DNA from: Cryomorphaceae bacterium
GTDB taxonomy: Bacteria > Bacteroidota > Bacteroidia > Flavobacteriales > UBA7430
Direction: 5' to 3'
Length of the DNA: 64,000 nt
NCBI GenBank assembly: GCA_019649675.1
Contig: BOWN01000001.1
Coordinates: forward strand, 209,979 to 273,978
Made by a program: the position numbers and the translations under genes. Numbering within the stretch: the stretch's first letter is position 1; the number at the start of each line of letters is the position of its first letter. Of the stretch, positions 55,727-64,000 are shown piece by piece. The notes beneath the pieces were generated by a model. It was not told the origin of the DNA, made no database searches, and was given only the letters and a program-made list of their open reading frames with translations.

Positions 55727-56221
55727 ATGAAATCACTGATTATCAAATTATTATTAGTTACTTCCACGTTATTCATAAGCTGTGGTTCAAATGAAACCAA
55801 GACAGAAAAACCTGTAAATAATATTAATCCAGAAACCGAAAAGGTATTGGAAGAATTTACAATTGAAGCACTTGGAAATACAATGATGGATATGCAATAT
55901 AGTTTAAAAAATATTTCTGTAAATGCAGGATCCTGGGTTAAAATTAATTTAATTAATAAAGGAGAGGATCCTGCGATGATTCACAATATTTTAATTGTCA
56001 ATTACAACAAAAGATCAGAAGTTGCAAAAGCTGCAATAGAAGCGGGGCCAGAGTTAGATTACATTCCAAAAAGTAAAGATGTTATTGCTGGATCAAAGCA
56101 AGCTAACCCAGGAGAAACGGTTACTCTAGAGTTTAAAGCACCTTCAAAAGGTAATTATGAATTTTTCTGTAGCTATCCTGGGCATTCAAGTAAAATGAGA
56201 GGATATTTCTTTGTTAAATAG
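55727..56221 (+). CDS. Azurin-family blue copper lipoprotein
   Basis: LFISCGS lipobox, MIHNILIV, FFCSYPGHSSKMRGYFFVK (Cys-His-Met copper ligands). Confidence 0.85.
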   Translation: MKSLIIKLLLVTSTLFISCGSNETKTEKPVNNINPETEKVLEEFTIEALGNTMMDMQYSLKNISVNAGSWVKINLINKGEDPAMIHNILIVNYNKRSEVAKAAIEAGPELDYIPKSKDVIAGSKQANPGETVTLEFKAPSKGNYEFFCSYPGHSSKMRGYFFVK

Positions 56222-56260
56222 TATATACATGTTAATTGAAATATTGACAAATAGTTGATG

Positions 56261-56286
56261 AAAGTCACATTATGTGACTTTTTTAT
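56261..56286 (+). terminator. Rho-independent terminator after the azurin gene
   Basis: AAGTCACA-tta-TGTGACTT followed by TTTTTATT. Confidence 0.75.
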
Positions 56287-56303
56287 TCTCTAATTTAATT
56301 TAT

Positions 56304-56483
56304 ATGATTGAACATCAATTCACATGTCCTTATTGTTTTGAATCTGAATTAAAACTTATCGACTTTTCTGTAAAATCTCAAAATTTTATAGAAGATTGTG
56401 AAGTATGCTGTAATCCAATTGAATTCAATATAGAACTTCAAAATGGATTTATCACAGCATTTGAAGCTATGAAATTGGATTAA
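56304..56483 (+). CDS. CPXCG-motif cysteine-rich small protein
   Basis: MIEHQFTCPYCFES...DCEVCCNPIEF. The ORF track starts at 56274, but ATG 56304 is more likely. Confidence 0.65.
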   Translation: MIEHQFTCPYCFESELKLIDFSVKSQNFIEDCEVCCNPIEFNIELQNGFITAFEAMKLD

Positions 56484-56505
56484 ATAGTTTTTATTAATAA
56501 ATTTT

Positions 56506-56985
56506 ATGAAAAGACCATGGAATATTGTTAATCCAGCGATTTACAGCTTGGTAACTTATGATGAAAAAGATAATTTAAACATGAATATATGCAGTTATGT
56601 TTCCGCTGTTAGTTTGAAACCAAAGATATATTCAATAGCTGTCGACTATTCTACAAAAACTTACGAAAATTTAAAACTAAATTCATTCGTAGTGCTGCAG
56701 TTGCTAAGTAAATCTCATCTTAAAATTATTCGTAAGTTAGGTAAAACAAGCGGTTATTTTTTTAACAAAGAGAATTATTTAAGATCTATAGAAATGTTAG
56801 AAAGTTGGAAAAAAAAAACAGTCTTAAAAGATACTTGCGCTTTACTTGAATTAAAGAAAATGAATGAAATAAACATAGAAGGAGATCATGCTATGTTCAC
56901 ATTTAGTGTTTCTAAATATAAAACATTATCGGAAGGTGGGATTCTAACTTTTAAAGATTTGATTGATAACAAAATTATTTTATAA
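56506..56985 (+). CDS. Flavin reductase-like domain protein
   Basis: NMNICSYVSAVSLKPKIYSIAVDYSTKTYENL...GKTSG...ALLELK...GDHAMFTFSV fits the FMN-binding split-barrel pattern. Confidence 0.6.
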   Translation: MKRPWNIVNPAIYSLVTYDEKDNLNMNICSYVSAVSLKPKIYSIAVDYSTKTYENLKLNSFVVLQLLSKSHLKIIRKLGKTSGYFFNKENYLRSIEMLESWKKKTVLKDTCALLELKKMNEINIEGDHAMFTFSVSKYKTLSEGGILTFKDLIDNKIIL

Positions 56986-57597
56986 ATGCACTTTTCAAAA
57001 CAAGATATTTTAAACACATCACGAATTAAAAGATTAAATTTAATTAACTCTATAACTGGAATTAAACCCGCCAATTTAATTGGTACAGTTTCAAAAGATG
57101 GCCATACTAATTTAGCAATTTTTAGCTCAGTAATTCATTTAGGAAGTAACCCAGCTTTAATCGGATTCATGACAAGACCTGATAAAAAAGTAAGAAGAGA
57201 TACACTTAATAATATTCTTGAAACAAATTATTACACAATCAATCACGTACATCAAAATTTTATTGAACAGTCTCATAAAACATCTGGAAAGTATAAGAAA
57301 GAAGTATCTGAATTTGATATGTGTAATCTTACTGAAGATTATTTATTTGACTTCCCTGCCCCCTTTCTTAAAGAAAGTAAAATTAAAATGGGGTTAAAAC
57401 TTGAAAACATTATAGATATCACAGATAATCAAACAAAATTAATTTTAGGATTAATAGAGCATATATATATTGATGATGTTGCTTTAGAGGATAACGGAGA
57501 TATTAATCTTCAAATTATAAATGATGTAGGAATTGGTGGTTTAAATAACTATTACAAGCTTGAAAAAATTGCACACTATCCTTATTTTAAAATTTAA
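56986..57597 (+). CDS. Flavin reductase family protein (COG1853-like)
   Basis: NSITGIKPANLIGTVSKDGHTNLAIFSSVIHLGSNPALIGFMTRP...RRDTLNNILETNYYTINHV. Its start abuts the previous stop. Confidence 0.65.
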   Translation: MHFSKQDILNTSRIKRLNLINSITGIKPANLIGTVSKDGHTNLAIFSSVIHLGSNPALIGFMTRPDKKVRRDTLNNILETNYYTINHVHQNFIEQSHKTSGKYKKEVSEFDMCNLTEDYLFDFPAPFLKESKIKMGLKLENIIDITDNQTKLILGLIEHIYIDDVALEDNGDINLQIINDVGIGGLNNYYKLEKIAHYPYFKI

Positions 57598-57650
57598 ATT
57601 GTGGATTTAATTACTAAAAATATAAACCACTTTGGTATTAATTTTATGAA

Positions 57651-58952
57651 TTGATGCAACTCAATAATCAAAAATTAAAAAATAACGAACACATTAGTGA
57701 GTCTAAAGAAAAAATTAAAATACACATAATTGGAGCAGGTATTAGTGGTCTAATTGCTGCAAAAGTCCTTGAAGAAAGTGGTTATTCTCCAATATTAATT
57801 GAGTCCAGTAGTAATGTAGGTGGAAGAATTAAAACCATTATTAAGGAAGGTTATCAATTAGATAAAGGATTTCAGGTACTTCTTACAGAATACCCAAAAG
57901 CTAAAAAACATCTTGATTACAGAGCATTGAGATTACAAAAACTTGTTTCTGGAGCATGTATTTTCATAAATAATAAACAATATATAATAGGTAATCCGAT
58001 TAGAAATATTTCTTTACTAATTCCAACTTTATTCTCTGATATTGGAAATATTTCTGACAAACTCAAAATATTAAAATTGTACCTATATCTGAGATTTAAA
58101 AGCATAGAAAAAATATTTTCATCAAAAGAATTAAAAACCATTGATTACCTTGAAAAGTGGGGTTTTTCAAAAAAAATAATTGAAAATTTCTTCGAACCTT
58201 TTTTTGCAGGAATTTTTTTGGAAACAGAATTATCAACCTCAAGTAGAATGTTTGAATTTGTTTTTAAAATGTTTGCTCAAGGTGACGTGGCTATTCCAGA
58301 GTCAGGAATTCAAGAGATTCCTTATCAAATTGCAAAGAAATTAACTAGGACAAATTTTATGTTTAATACTCAAGTCGATAAGATATTAGAGGGTGAAATA
58401 ATTCTTAAAGATAAAAGTAAAATTAAAAGCGATTATACTATAATAGCTACCGAAGCTAAAAATTTACTCGAAGGCCGTAATTTGAGTTCTGTTAAATGGA
58501 AAAGCTGCGTGAACTTTTATTTTGAAATTAAACAAAAATCTCTAGGAAATGGTTTAATTGGTCTTTTACCAGGTAAAAATACTGTTATTAATAATATATT
58601 TTTTGTTTCTGGAATTAAATCAAAAATTACTGGAGCAAAACAATTACTATCTGTTACAGTAATTGATTCTAAATCACTTTCGAATGGTGAGCTTATTGAC
58701 AGAGTTAAATATGAGCTCAAAAAATATTGTAGAATTAATGTCATTAGACTAATTAGTCAATTTAATGTTACAAAATCCCTCCCTGATTTACATGATATAT
58801 CAAACACTAAAACACCATCTGAATTCCAAATTTCTGACACTATATTTTTAGCTGGAGATCATGAATTAAATCCGTCTTTGAATGCAGCAATAACATCTGG
58901 TGAAATGTCTGCTTTACAACTAATTAAGGTTGATAAATTGAATAATCCATAA
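57651..58952 (+). CDS. NAD(P)/FAD-dependent oxidoreductase (amine-oxidase/desaturase-like fold)
   Basis: IHIIGAGISGLIAAKVLEESGYSPILIESSSNVGGRIKT dinucleotide fold. ATG at 57654 is an alternative to TTG 57651. Confidence 0.75.
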   Translation: MMQLNNQKLKNNEHISESKEKIKIHIIGAGISGLIAAKVLEESGYSPILIESSSNVGGRIKTIIKEGYQLDKGFQVLLTEYPKAKKHLDYRALRLQKLVSGACIFINNKQYIIGNPIRNISLLIPTLFSDIGNISDKLKILKLYLYLRFKSIEKIFSSKELKTIDYLEKWGFSKKIIENFFEPFFAGIFLETELSTSSRMFEFVFKMFAQGDVAIPESGIQEIPYQIAKKLTRTNFMFNTQVDKILEGEIILKDKSKIKSDYTIIATEAKNLLEGRNLSSVKWKSCVNFYFEIKQKSLGNGLIGLLPGKNTVINNIFFVSGIKSKITGAKQLLSVTVIDSKSLSNGELIDRVKYELKKYCRINVIRLISQFNVTKSLPDLHDISNTKTPSEFQISDTIFLAGDHELNPSLNAAITSGEMSALQLIKVDKLNNP

Positions 58953-58959
58953 TAAATAT

Positions 58960-59742
58960 TTGAGACTATATCGTATGATTTTTAGCAGGAAAGAAGTATT
59001 TGATAACAAAATTCCAGACTATATACTTGGTATTTATTATTTCATCGATGAAAATAACCATATTTTATATATAGGAAAGAGTAAAAATATAAAAAAACGC
59101 ATTCAACAACACATCAAAAATGGTCGAAAAAGACTCATTAATAAATTTTCAAAATTAAAGTTGAAAATATTTAGAACTGAATTAGAAGCTTTACTCTATG
59201 AGTCTCAAGAAATTAAAGAATATTTACCAGTGTTTAACAGAAGGCTCCGCAAAATAAAATCTTCAGTTGGGATATTTAACAAAAAAAATAAATTTGGACA
59301 TAGCTACTTTTACATAAAAAAAAGTGCTGAAGACTCAATCATAGATTTTAGAACAAAAAAACATGCACTTAAGTTTATAGATAAAATGAGTAAGAAATTT
59401 AATTTATGTCCAAAATTAAATGGATTGGATAACTCTAGTAAATTTTGTTTTCAATTTCATTTGAAGTCTTGTCAAGGAGCATGCAATAATCTTGAAAAAC
59501 CACTTTCTTACAATAGTAGATTTCAAGAAAGTTTATCTGAAATTTATTGTTTACCGAAAAATTGTGAGTTAGTTTTTCATGATAATAAATTTTCCACTTT
59601 TGTTAACATCAAAAATAGTATCATCACATCTTTTGGTGTCAAAAATCATTCTTTTTTTAAAATTAATCATCCGTCACATGATGAATTGAAAATTATTAAT
59701 TCATATCAGAAAATTTTAGTCCCAGAAACTATTTTAGTTTAA
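58960..59742 (+). CDS. GIY-YIG nuclease domain protein
   Basis: LGIYYFIDENNHILYIGKSKNIKKRIQQH ... EALLYESQEIKEYLPVFNRR. Alternative ATG at 58975. Confidence 0.75.
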   Translation: MRLYRMIFSRKEVFDNKIPDYILGIYYFIDENNHILYIGKSKNIKKRIQQHIKNGRKRLINKFSKLKLKIFRTELEALLYESQEIKEYLPVFNRRLRKIKSSVGIFNKKNKFGHSYFYIKKSAEDSIIDFRTKKHALKFIDKMSKKFNLCPKLNGLDNSSKFCFQFHLKSCQGACNNLEKPLSYNSRFQESLSEIYCLPKNCELVFHDNKFSTFVNIKNSIITSFGVKNHSFFKINHPSHDELKIINSYQKILVPETILV

Positions 59743-59839
59743 TGATAATAAAGTCCTATTCAGGAAATTTTCATTTTCAATGCATATTAAGTTAAAAAAG
59801 AATTTTTGTAAATAATTATTAAGTCTTATCTGTTAAAAA

Positions 59840-61294
59840 TTGAATAAAGATAGTATCAATATTGTTTGGTTGAAAAGAGATATTCGCTCACAAGATCATG
59901 AACCACTTTTTAATGCGGAGAATTCAAATCTTAAATATTACATTATTTACATATTTGAACCTTCAATGATAGCGTATCCTGATACTAGTCTCAGACATTT
60001 AATCTTTGTTTACCACTCTATTTTAGCTTTAAATAGAATTTTGGCAAAATTTAATCGAAAAGTAGAAATTTTTTATGGTGAGTCTCTTGAAGTACTTTCA
60101 TTTTTCAAAAAGTCTTTTAAAGTAAAATCTATTATTAGCTATCAAGAAAGCGGCACTGAATTTTCATGGGATAGAGATAAAAAAATACAACAGTTTTGTA
60201 AATCAAATAAAATTGATTGGCATCAATATCAAAGGGATGGAATCATCAGAGGCATTAAAAGTCGTAACAATTGGCGAAAATATTGGAATATGAAAATGAA
60301 TGAGCCGCTAATTCATAATTGCTATTCAACATGTAAAAATGAAGAACTTCAGCATTCTTTTTTAATTCCATCAAGCCTAGAAAACAAATTACAACTATAT
60401 CCAAAAAACATACAACCTGCCGGTGAAAAAAACGCTTGGAAATATTTACAATCATTCTCAGCCAAAAGAGGTGCTAATTATCATAAATTTATATCAAAAC
60501 CCCAACAAAGTAGAATTTCTTGTAGCAGAATATCACCATACTTATCTTGGGGAAATTTGAGTGTTAAGCAAGTTTATCAGTTCATTAACTTACACGCTAA
60601 TAGAACAATTTACGACAGAGCATTTTCAGCTATGCTCATGAGACTTAACTGGCATTGCCATTTTATTCAAAAGTTTGAGGTTGATTGTAATTATGAAAAA
60701 TTTTGCATTAATAAAGGTTTTGAGCTTTTAAAGCGAAATAAAAATTTTAGATTTATTAAGGCATGGAAAACTGGTAATACTGGTTATCCTCTAATTGATG
60801 CCTCAATGCGTGCACTAAAAGAAACAGGCTGGATCAATTTTCGAATGCGCGCAATGCTTGTTTCGTTTTTAACTTATAATTTAGATCAAGATTGGCGTGA
60901 TGGAGTATATCATATGGCTAAACTATTTTTAGATTATGAGCCAGGTATTCATTTTACTCAATTCCAAATGCAAGCAGGAACAACAGGTATAAATACGATT
61001 CGTTTATATAATCCAGTAAAAAACTCCAAAGAACATGATCCTCAGGGAAAGTTTATTAAAAAATGGATACCTGAACTAAGTAAAATACCACCTAAACTCA
61101 TTCATGAGCCATGGGAAATGACCGCAATGGAACAGTCATTTTATGGAGTTTTGATTGGTAAAACGTATCCTTACCCTATAGTCAATTTAAAAATAAGTTC
61201 TAAAAATGCCCTAGATAAAATTTGGAAACATAAAAAACACCCCCTAGTAAAAAAAGAAGTCAATAAAATTCTTCAAAAACACGTAAACAAATAA
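59840..61294 (+). CDS. Cryptochrome/photolyase family flavoprotein (full length; subclass not assigned)
   Basis: [103 protein letters not shown] start. Confidence 0.85.
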   Translation: MNKDSINIVWLKRDIRSQDHEPLFNAENSNLKYYIIYIFEPSMIAYPDTSLRHLIFVYHSILALNRILAKFNRKVEIFYGESLEVLSFFKKSFKVKSIISYQESGTEFSWDRDKKIQQFCKSNKIDWHQYQRDGIIRGIKSRNNWRKYWNMKMNEPLIHNCYSTCKNEELQHSFLIPSSLENKLQLYPKNIQPAGEKNAWKYLQSFSAKRGANYHKFISKPQQSRISCSRISPYLSWGNLSVKQVYQFINLHANRTIYDRAFSAMLMRLNWHCHFIQKFEVDCNYEKFCINKGFELLKRNKNFRFIKAWKTGNTGYPLIDASMRALKETGWINFRMRAMLVSFLTYNLDQDWRDGVYHMAKLFLDYEPGIHFTQFQMQAGTTGINTIRLYNPVKNSKEHDPQGKFIKKWIPELSKIPPKLIHEPWEMTAMEQSFYGVLIGKTYPYPIVNLKISSKNALDKIWKHKKHPLVKKEVNKILQKHVNK

Positions 61295-61296
61295 AG

Positions 61297-61434
61297 ATGA
61301 AAAAAAAACATCTTCCTGAAAAAATATGCCCTGTTTGTAAACGATCTTTTTTATGGAGGAAAAAATGGGAGAAAAATTGGCTAGAAGTCAAATACTGTAG
61401 TCAAAGATGTAGAATTAATAAGAATAAAATATAA
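61297..61434 (+). CDS. DUF2256 zinc-ribbon small protein (not in the ORF track, 45 aa)
   Basis: [45 protein letters not shown], starting 3 nt after the photolyase-family stop. C..C...WRKKW...VKYCS..C is the DUF2256 pattern as I recall it. Confidence 0.7.
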   Translation: MKKKHLPEKICPVCKRSFLWRKKWEKNWLEVKYCSQRCRINKNKI

Positions 61435-61585
61435 ATATTTCTTTCACACATTTCATTAAATTGAATTAAGGACAACAAATCTCAGTTATTTCCCGATCAA
61501 TTTTAAGAAGATTAAAAAACTGTGCAATATTTTTTTTTAATTTGATAAAACTTCATTGTTGTATCTTTGTGATTAACTCGCTATT

Positions 61586-62296
61586 ATGAAAAAAAAATAT
61601 CTTTTAAAGTATTCATTAGAATTTTTAATAATTGTACTGGGTATTACGGTTTCTTTTTGGATAAATCAAGCTGCGAGTTCTTCTGAATTTCAAAAACAAA
61701 AGTTGAAAATTATTAATAACCTTCAAATTGAAATTGATCAGATTTATAATTATTGCTTGGAAAGAAAAAATGTATGTAAAAAAGACATCGATGTTATAAA
61801 ATTATTTATTGGGAGCAATCATTTTGATTCAAATCTAAATCAATTAAAAGATTTTAATATCAGTAAAAGTAGAATAGAATTTGTCCTAACTTCAAATAGA
61901 TCTTTTGATCCGCCATCAAGCAGATATAGATCAATAATAAATTCAGGAGATATTAAGTACTTGGACTCAGATAACATTAAAGAGTATTTAAGTAGAGTTT
62001 ATGACACTTACTTTTCGTACGTAAGAACAAATCTTGAATACGAAAAACAATTAAAGCAAACATTAACTCCTTATTTACTTCAAACTTACCCAGAAATTAT
62101 TCTCGAGAGAGAAAACAATACCATTTCAGTTATTGATTATTATAAAATGCTTTTCGAAATTACCTCTAATGATAAAACGATCGAAGCTAACTTAATTTTA
62201 CTAAACTCCTATCTTCAGAATAAGATTAATTATCTGGAATTATACATAATGATGGTTGAAGAACTTGAAATGGAAATTCAGTCTATTTTAAATTAA
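61586..62296 (+). CDS. Hypothetical membrane-anchored protein
   Basis: One N-terminal TM helix (LEFLIIVLGITVSFWI), then a helical region. No family recognised. Confidence 0.5.
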   Translation: MKKKYLLKYSLEFLIIVLGITVSFWINQAASSSEFQKQKLKIINNLQIEIDQIYNYCLERKNVCKKDIDVIKLFIGSNHFDSNLNQLKDFNISKSRIEFVLTSNRSFDPPSSRYRSIINSGDIKYLDSDNIKEYLSRVYDTYFSYVRTNLEYEKQLKQTLTPYLLQTYPEIILERENNTISVIDYYKMLFEITSNDKTIEANLILLNSYLQNKINYLELYIMMVEELEMEIQSILN

Positions 62297-62302
62297 AACT
62301 TA

Positions 62303-62857
62303 TCACATTCCCATATAGTCATCGATAACGATATCTCCTTCGGATTTATTTAATTGTGATATCATTGATTGCATATCAAAAAAATCTTGCTCTTTTGCAA
62401 TCTTACCATCCTTCATTTCAACCAAAGTTGTTCCAGAAAGGTCAAGTTTATTCCCTGTAGCTGGAATACCAAAAAACACTCCGGTATGAACACCTTTAAA
62501 ATTCCAATGCTTAACAATTTTATCCCCTTGACCAAAGGCATCAATAATAGTGAATTCGATATTTGAAAAGCCATTTAAATAATTCATATAAAAATTTTTA
62601 ACAGCTTCTATTCCTACAAGATTTCCTTCGTTTGTAACAACTTTAACATCTGTCTGAAAATTATCTTTATTAACGACTGTAGTGTCTCCACTTAAAAAAC
62701 TGTTCCATATATTTTCATACTTTTCTAAGTCTTTTTCAAACTGGATTTTAGCATCTAAAAGATTTCTATCGCCAGAATTAGAACTGTTACAGCTAATAAT
62801 GGAAAATAATATTAATGAGATAATTAAAATTGATTGGTAAATTCCTGTGATTTTCAT
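62303..62857 (-). CDS. SnoaL-like ester-cyclase family lipoprotein
   Basis: LILFSIISC lipobox. FYMNYLNGFSNIEFTIIDAFGQGDKIVKHWNFKGVHTGVFFGIPATGNKLDLSGTTLVEMKDGKI. Confidence 0.7.
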   Translation of the reverse strand: MKITGIYQSILIISLILFSIISCNSSNSGDRNLLDAKIQFEKDLEKYENIWNSFLSGDTTVVNKDNFQTDVKVVTNEGNLVGIEAVKNFYMNYLNGFSNIEFTIIDAFGQGDKIVKHWNFKGVHTGVFFGIPATGNKLDLSGTTLVEMKDGKIAKEQDFFDMQSMISQLNKSEGDIVIDDYMGM

Positions 62858-63006
62858 GATGAGATTTATAAATATTTATTGGGTAAAACTACAAAAAAAT
62901 ATATGCCAAGTCGTTGATATAAATAATTAATGATAAAGAATCACCCGGTAACTTACTTACAAAGCACTCTTGGAATGGTTAAATCAAGTTTAAAAAAATA
63001 AATATT

Positions 63007-63438
63007 TTAATCTCTAATTAAATCAATAGGTATTTTGCTTTTCTTGAATGATCCATTACCAAAAGCAACTATTTCATTTTTTGAGTTATACATTTTAGCT
63101 TCTGCATTAAACTCTTTTTCAGATACTGAAAGTAATTTTCCTTTAGATTTTATCCAGCCATTTGGAACAGGCATTTTAAAAGTAATATTAAAACTAGCTG
63201 TCAATAACATATAATCTTCAACTACAGATTGAGCAGCAAAAAATGCTGCATCATCTAAGATTTTGAAATATACAGAACCGTGTATTGCGTTTAATGCGTG
63301 AAAATAATCTTCATTAATTGGCATTTTAATCTCAGAGTAATTTTTTGAAATAATAATTTCTGTATTACTATAGATTACTTTATTAATATTAGCATTTAAA
63401 TAAATCTTCTCTAATTTTTTAAAGTGTGCATTTGTCAT
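63007..63438 (-). CDS. PaaI-type hotdog-fold thioesterase
   Basis: ALNAIHGSVYFKILDDAAFFAAQS ... FNITFKMPV ... AKMYNSKNEIVAFGNGSF. Confidence 0.7.
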   Translation of the reverse strand: MTNAHFKKLEKIYLNANINKVIYSNTEIIISKNYSEIKMPINEDYFHALNAIHGSVYFKILDDAAFFAAQSVVEDYMLLTASFNITFKMPVPNGWIKSKGKLLSVSEKEFNAEAKMYNSKNEIVAFGNGSFKKSKIPIDLIRD

Positions 63439-63585
63439 AAATCAAAAATAAAACATGTAGTTATTTTATATGTAACATGTCGCCTAATTAACCATGTTTT
63501 CTTGAAACTAGAAATTTATCCTCACATCTAATTTTCAAAATCTCTTAAATAAATTATTGGAAGTGATCTGTTAATACTTTTAATA

Positions 63586-63786
63586 TCAACAGCAACTACA
63601 TCTAACCTTTGCTTTGGATGTTTTTATTTTACATGAATACATTGGATACTTATCAATAAAAATGCTCACAAGAACTGAATCTGGTAAATTATCATTTGTA
63701 CCAAACTTATTTCGTATTGCAACTGCAAATTCTTCTTCAGTAAACATTTTATCTTCAAGACCTAAGGGATTTTTATCTTCTGACAT
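63586..63786 (-). CDS. Hypothetical small protein
   Basis: 66-aa ORF with no recognisable family. The CSCC tail may reflect another frame error. Confidence 0.3.
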   Translation of the reverse strand: MSEDKNPLGLEDKMFTEEEFAVAIRNKFGTNDNLPDSVLVSIFIDKYPMYSCKIKTSKAKVRCSCC

Positions 63787-63909
63787 TTTTATATATTTAA
63801 ATTTAAGACAAATTTAAATTTTAAAATAAATCTAAACTCGTTTACACATTATTTATAATTCATTAATTGTTAAATTGACCCAATGCTCTGAAATTTTCTG
63901 TAAATTAAT

Positions 63910-64000
63910 ATGCCCTACATACTTAAAAACAAAAACTTCGAAATTCTTATTGATCTTCCAAATGAAAACTACAACTTTTCAAGATTTGATTGGACAGGAA
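63910..64000 (+). CDS. Hypothetical protein, 5' partial at window edge
   Basis: ATG 63910: MPYILKNKNFEILIDLPNENYNFSRFDWTG, running off the window. Confidence 0.4.
   Translation, partial: MPYILKNKNFEILIDLPNENYNFSRFDWTG

Overview
This is an AT-rich chromosomal segment (roughly 30% G+C by eye, not computed). It looks like a marine Flavobacteriia (Bacteroidota) genome: it has T9SS-type C-terminal domains, TAnnTTTG -7 promoter boxes and a flavobacterial-type proteorhodopsin.

- **Left third (0-19 kb).** A broken RND efflux operon, secreted enzymes (GH30, esterase, a PHM-like protein) and a crtI-DUF422-crtY carotenoid operon.
- **Middle (19.8-39.9 kb).** A run of secreted proteins: an EEP phosphoesterase, a CotH/lamin-tail protein, a Kazal-like protein and a small protein. 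All end in the same ~60-65 aa domain that I do not recognise (GW..IG / (I/V)KD..G.AYLP.W.FNGIG / G.GYQ.K). They sit beside one ~11.6-kb gene for a giant T9SS-tailed protein, built from an estimated 80-100 copies of a 32-33 aa two-cysteine repeat plus six ~125-aa modules.
- **Right third (41.2-61.4 kb).** A light-related island with proteorhodopsin and blh, three cryptochrome/photolyase-family genes with DUF2805 and DUF2256 partners, and a MerR/B12 (CarH/LitR-like) regulator operon. It also holds a PAS-UbiA prenyltransferase fusion, pterin genes and cupredoxins. Four promoters in the island share a TTGTATAG-N16-TTATACAA palindrome that overlaps the -7 box.

More than 40 apparent single-base frameshifts break about 20 genes; those I traced sit in homopolymers. 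I read these as sequencing or assembly error rather than gene decay. I saw no rRNA, tRNA, CRISPR array, transposase, integrase or recognisable defence system.
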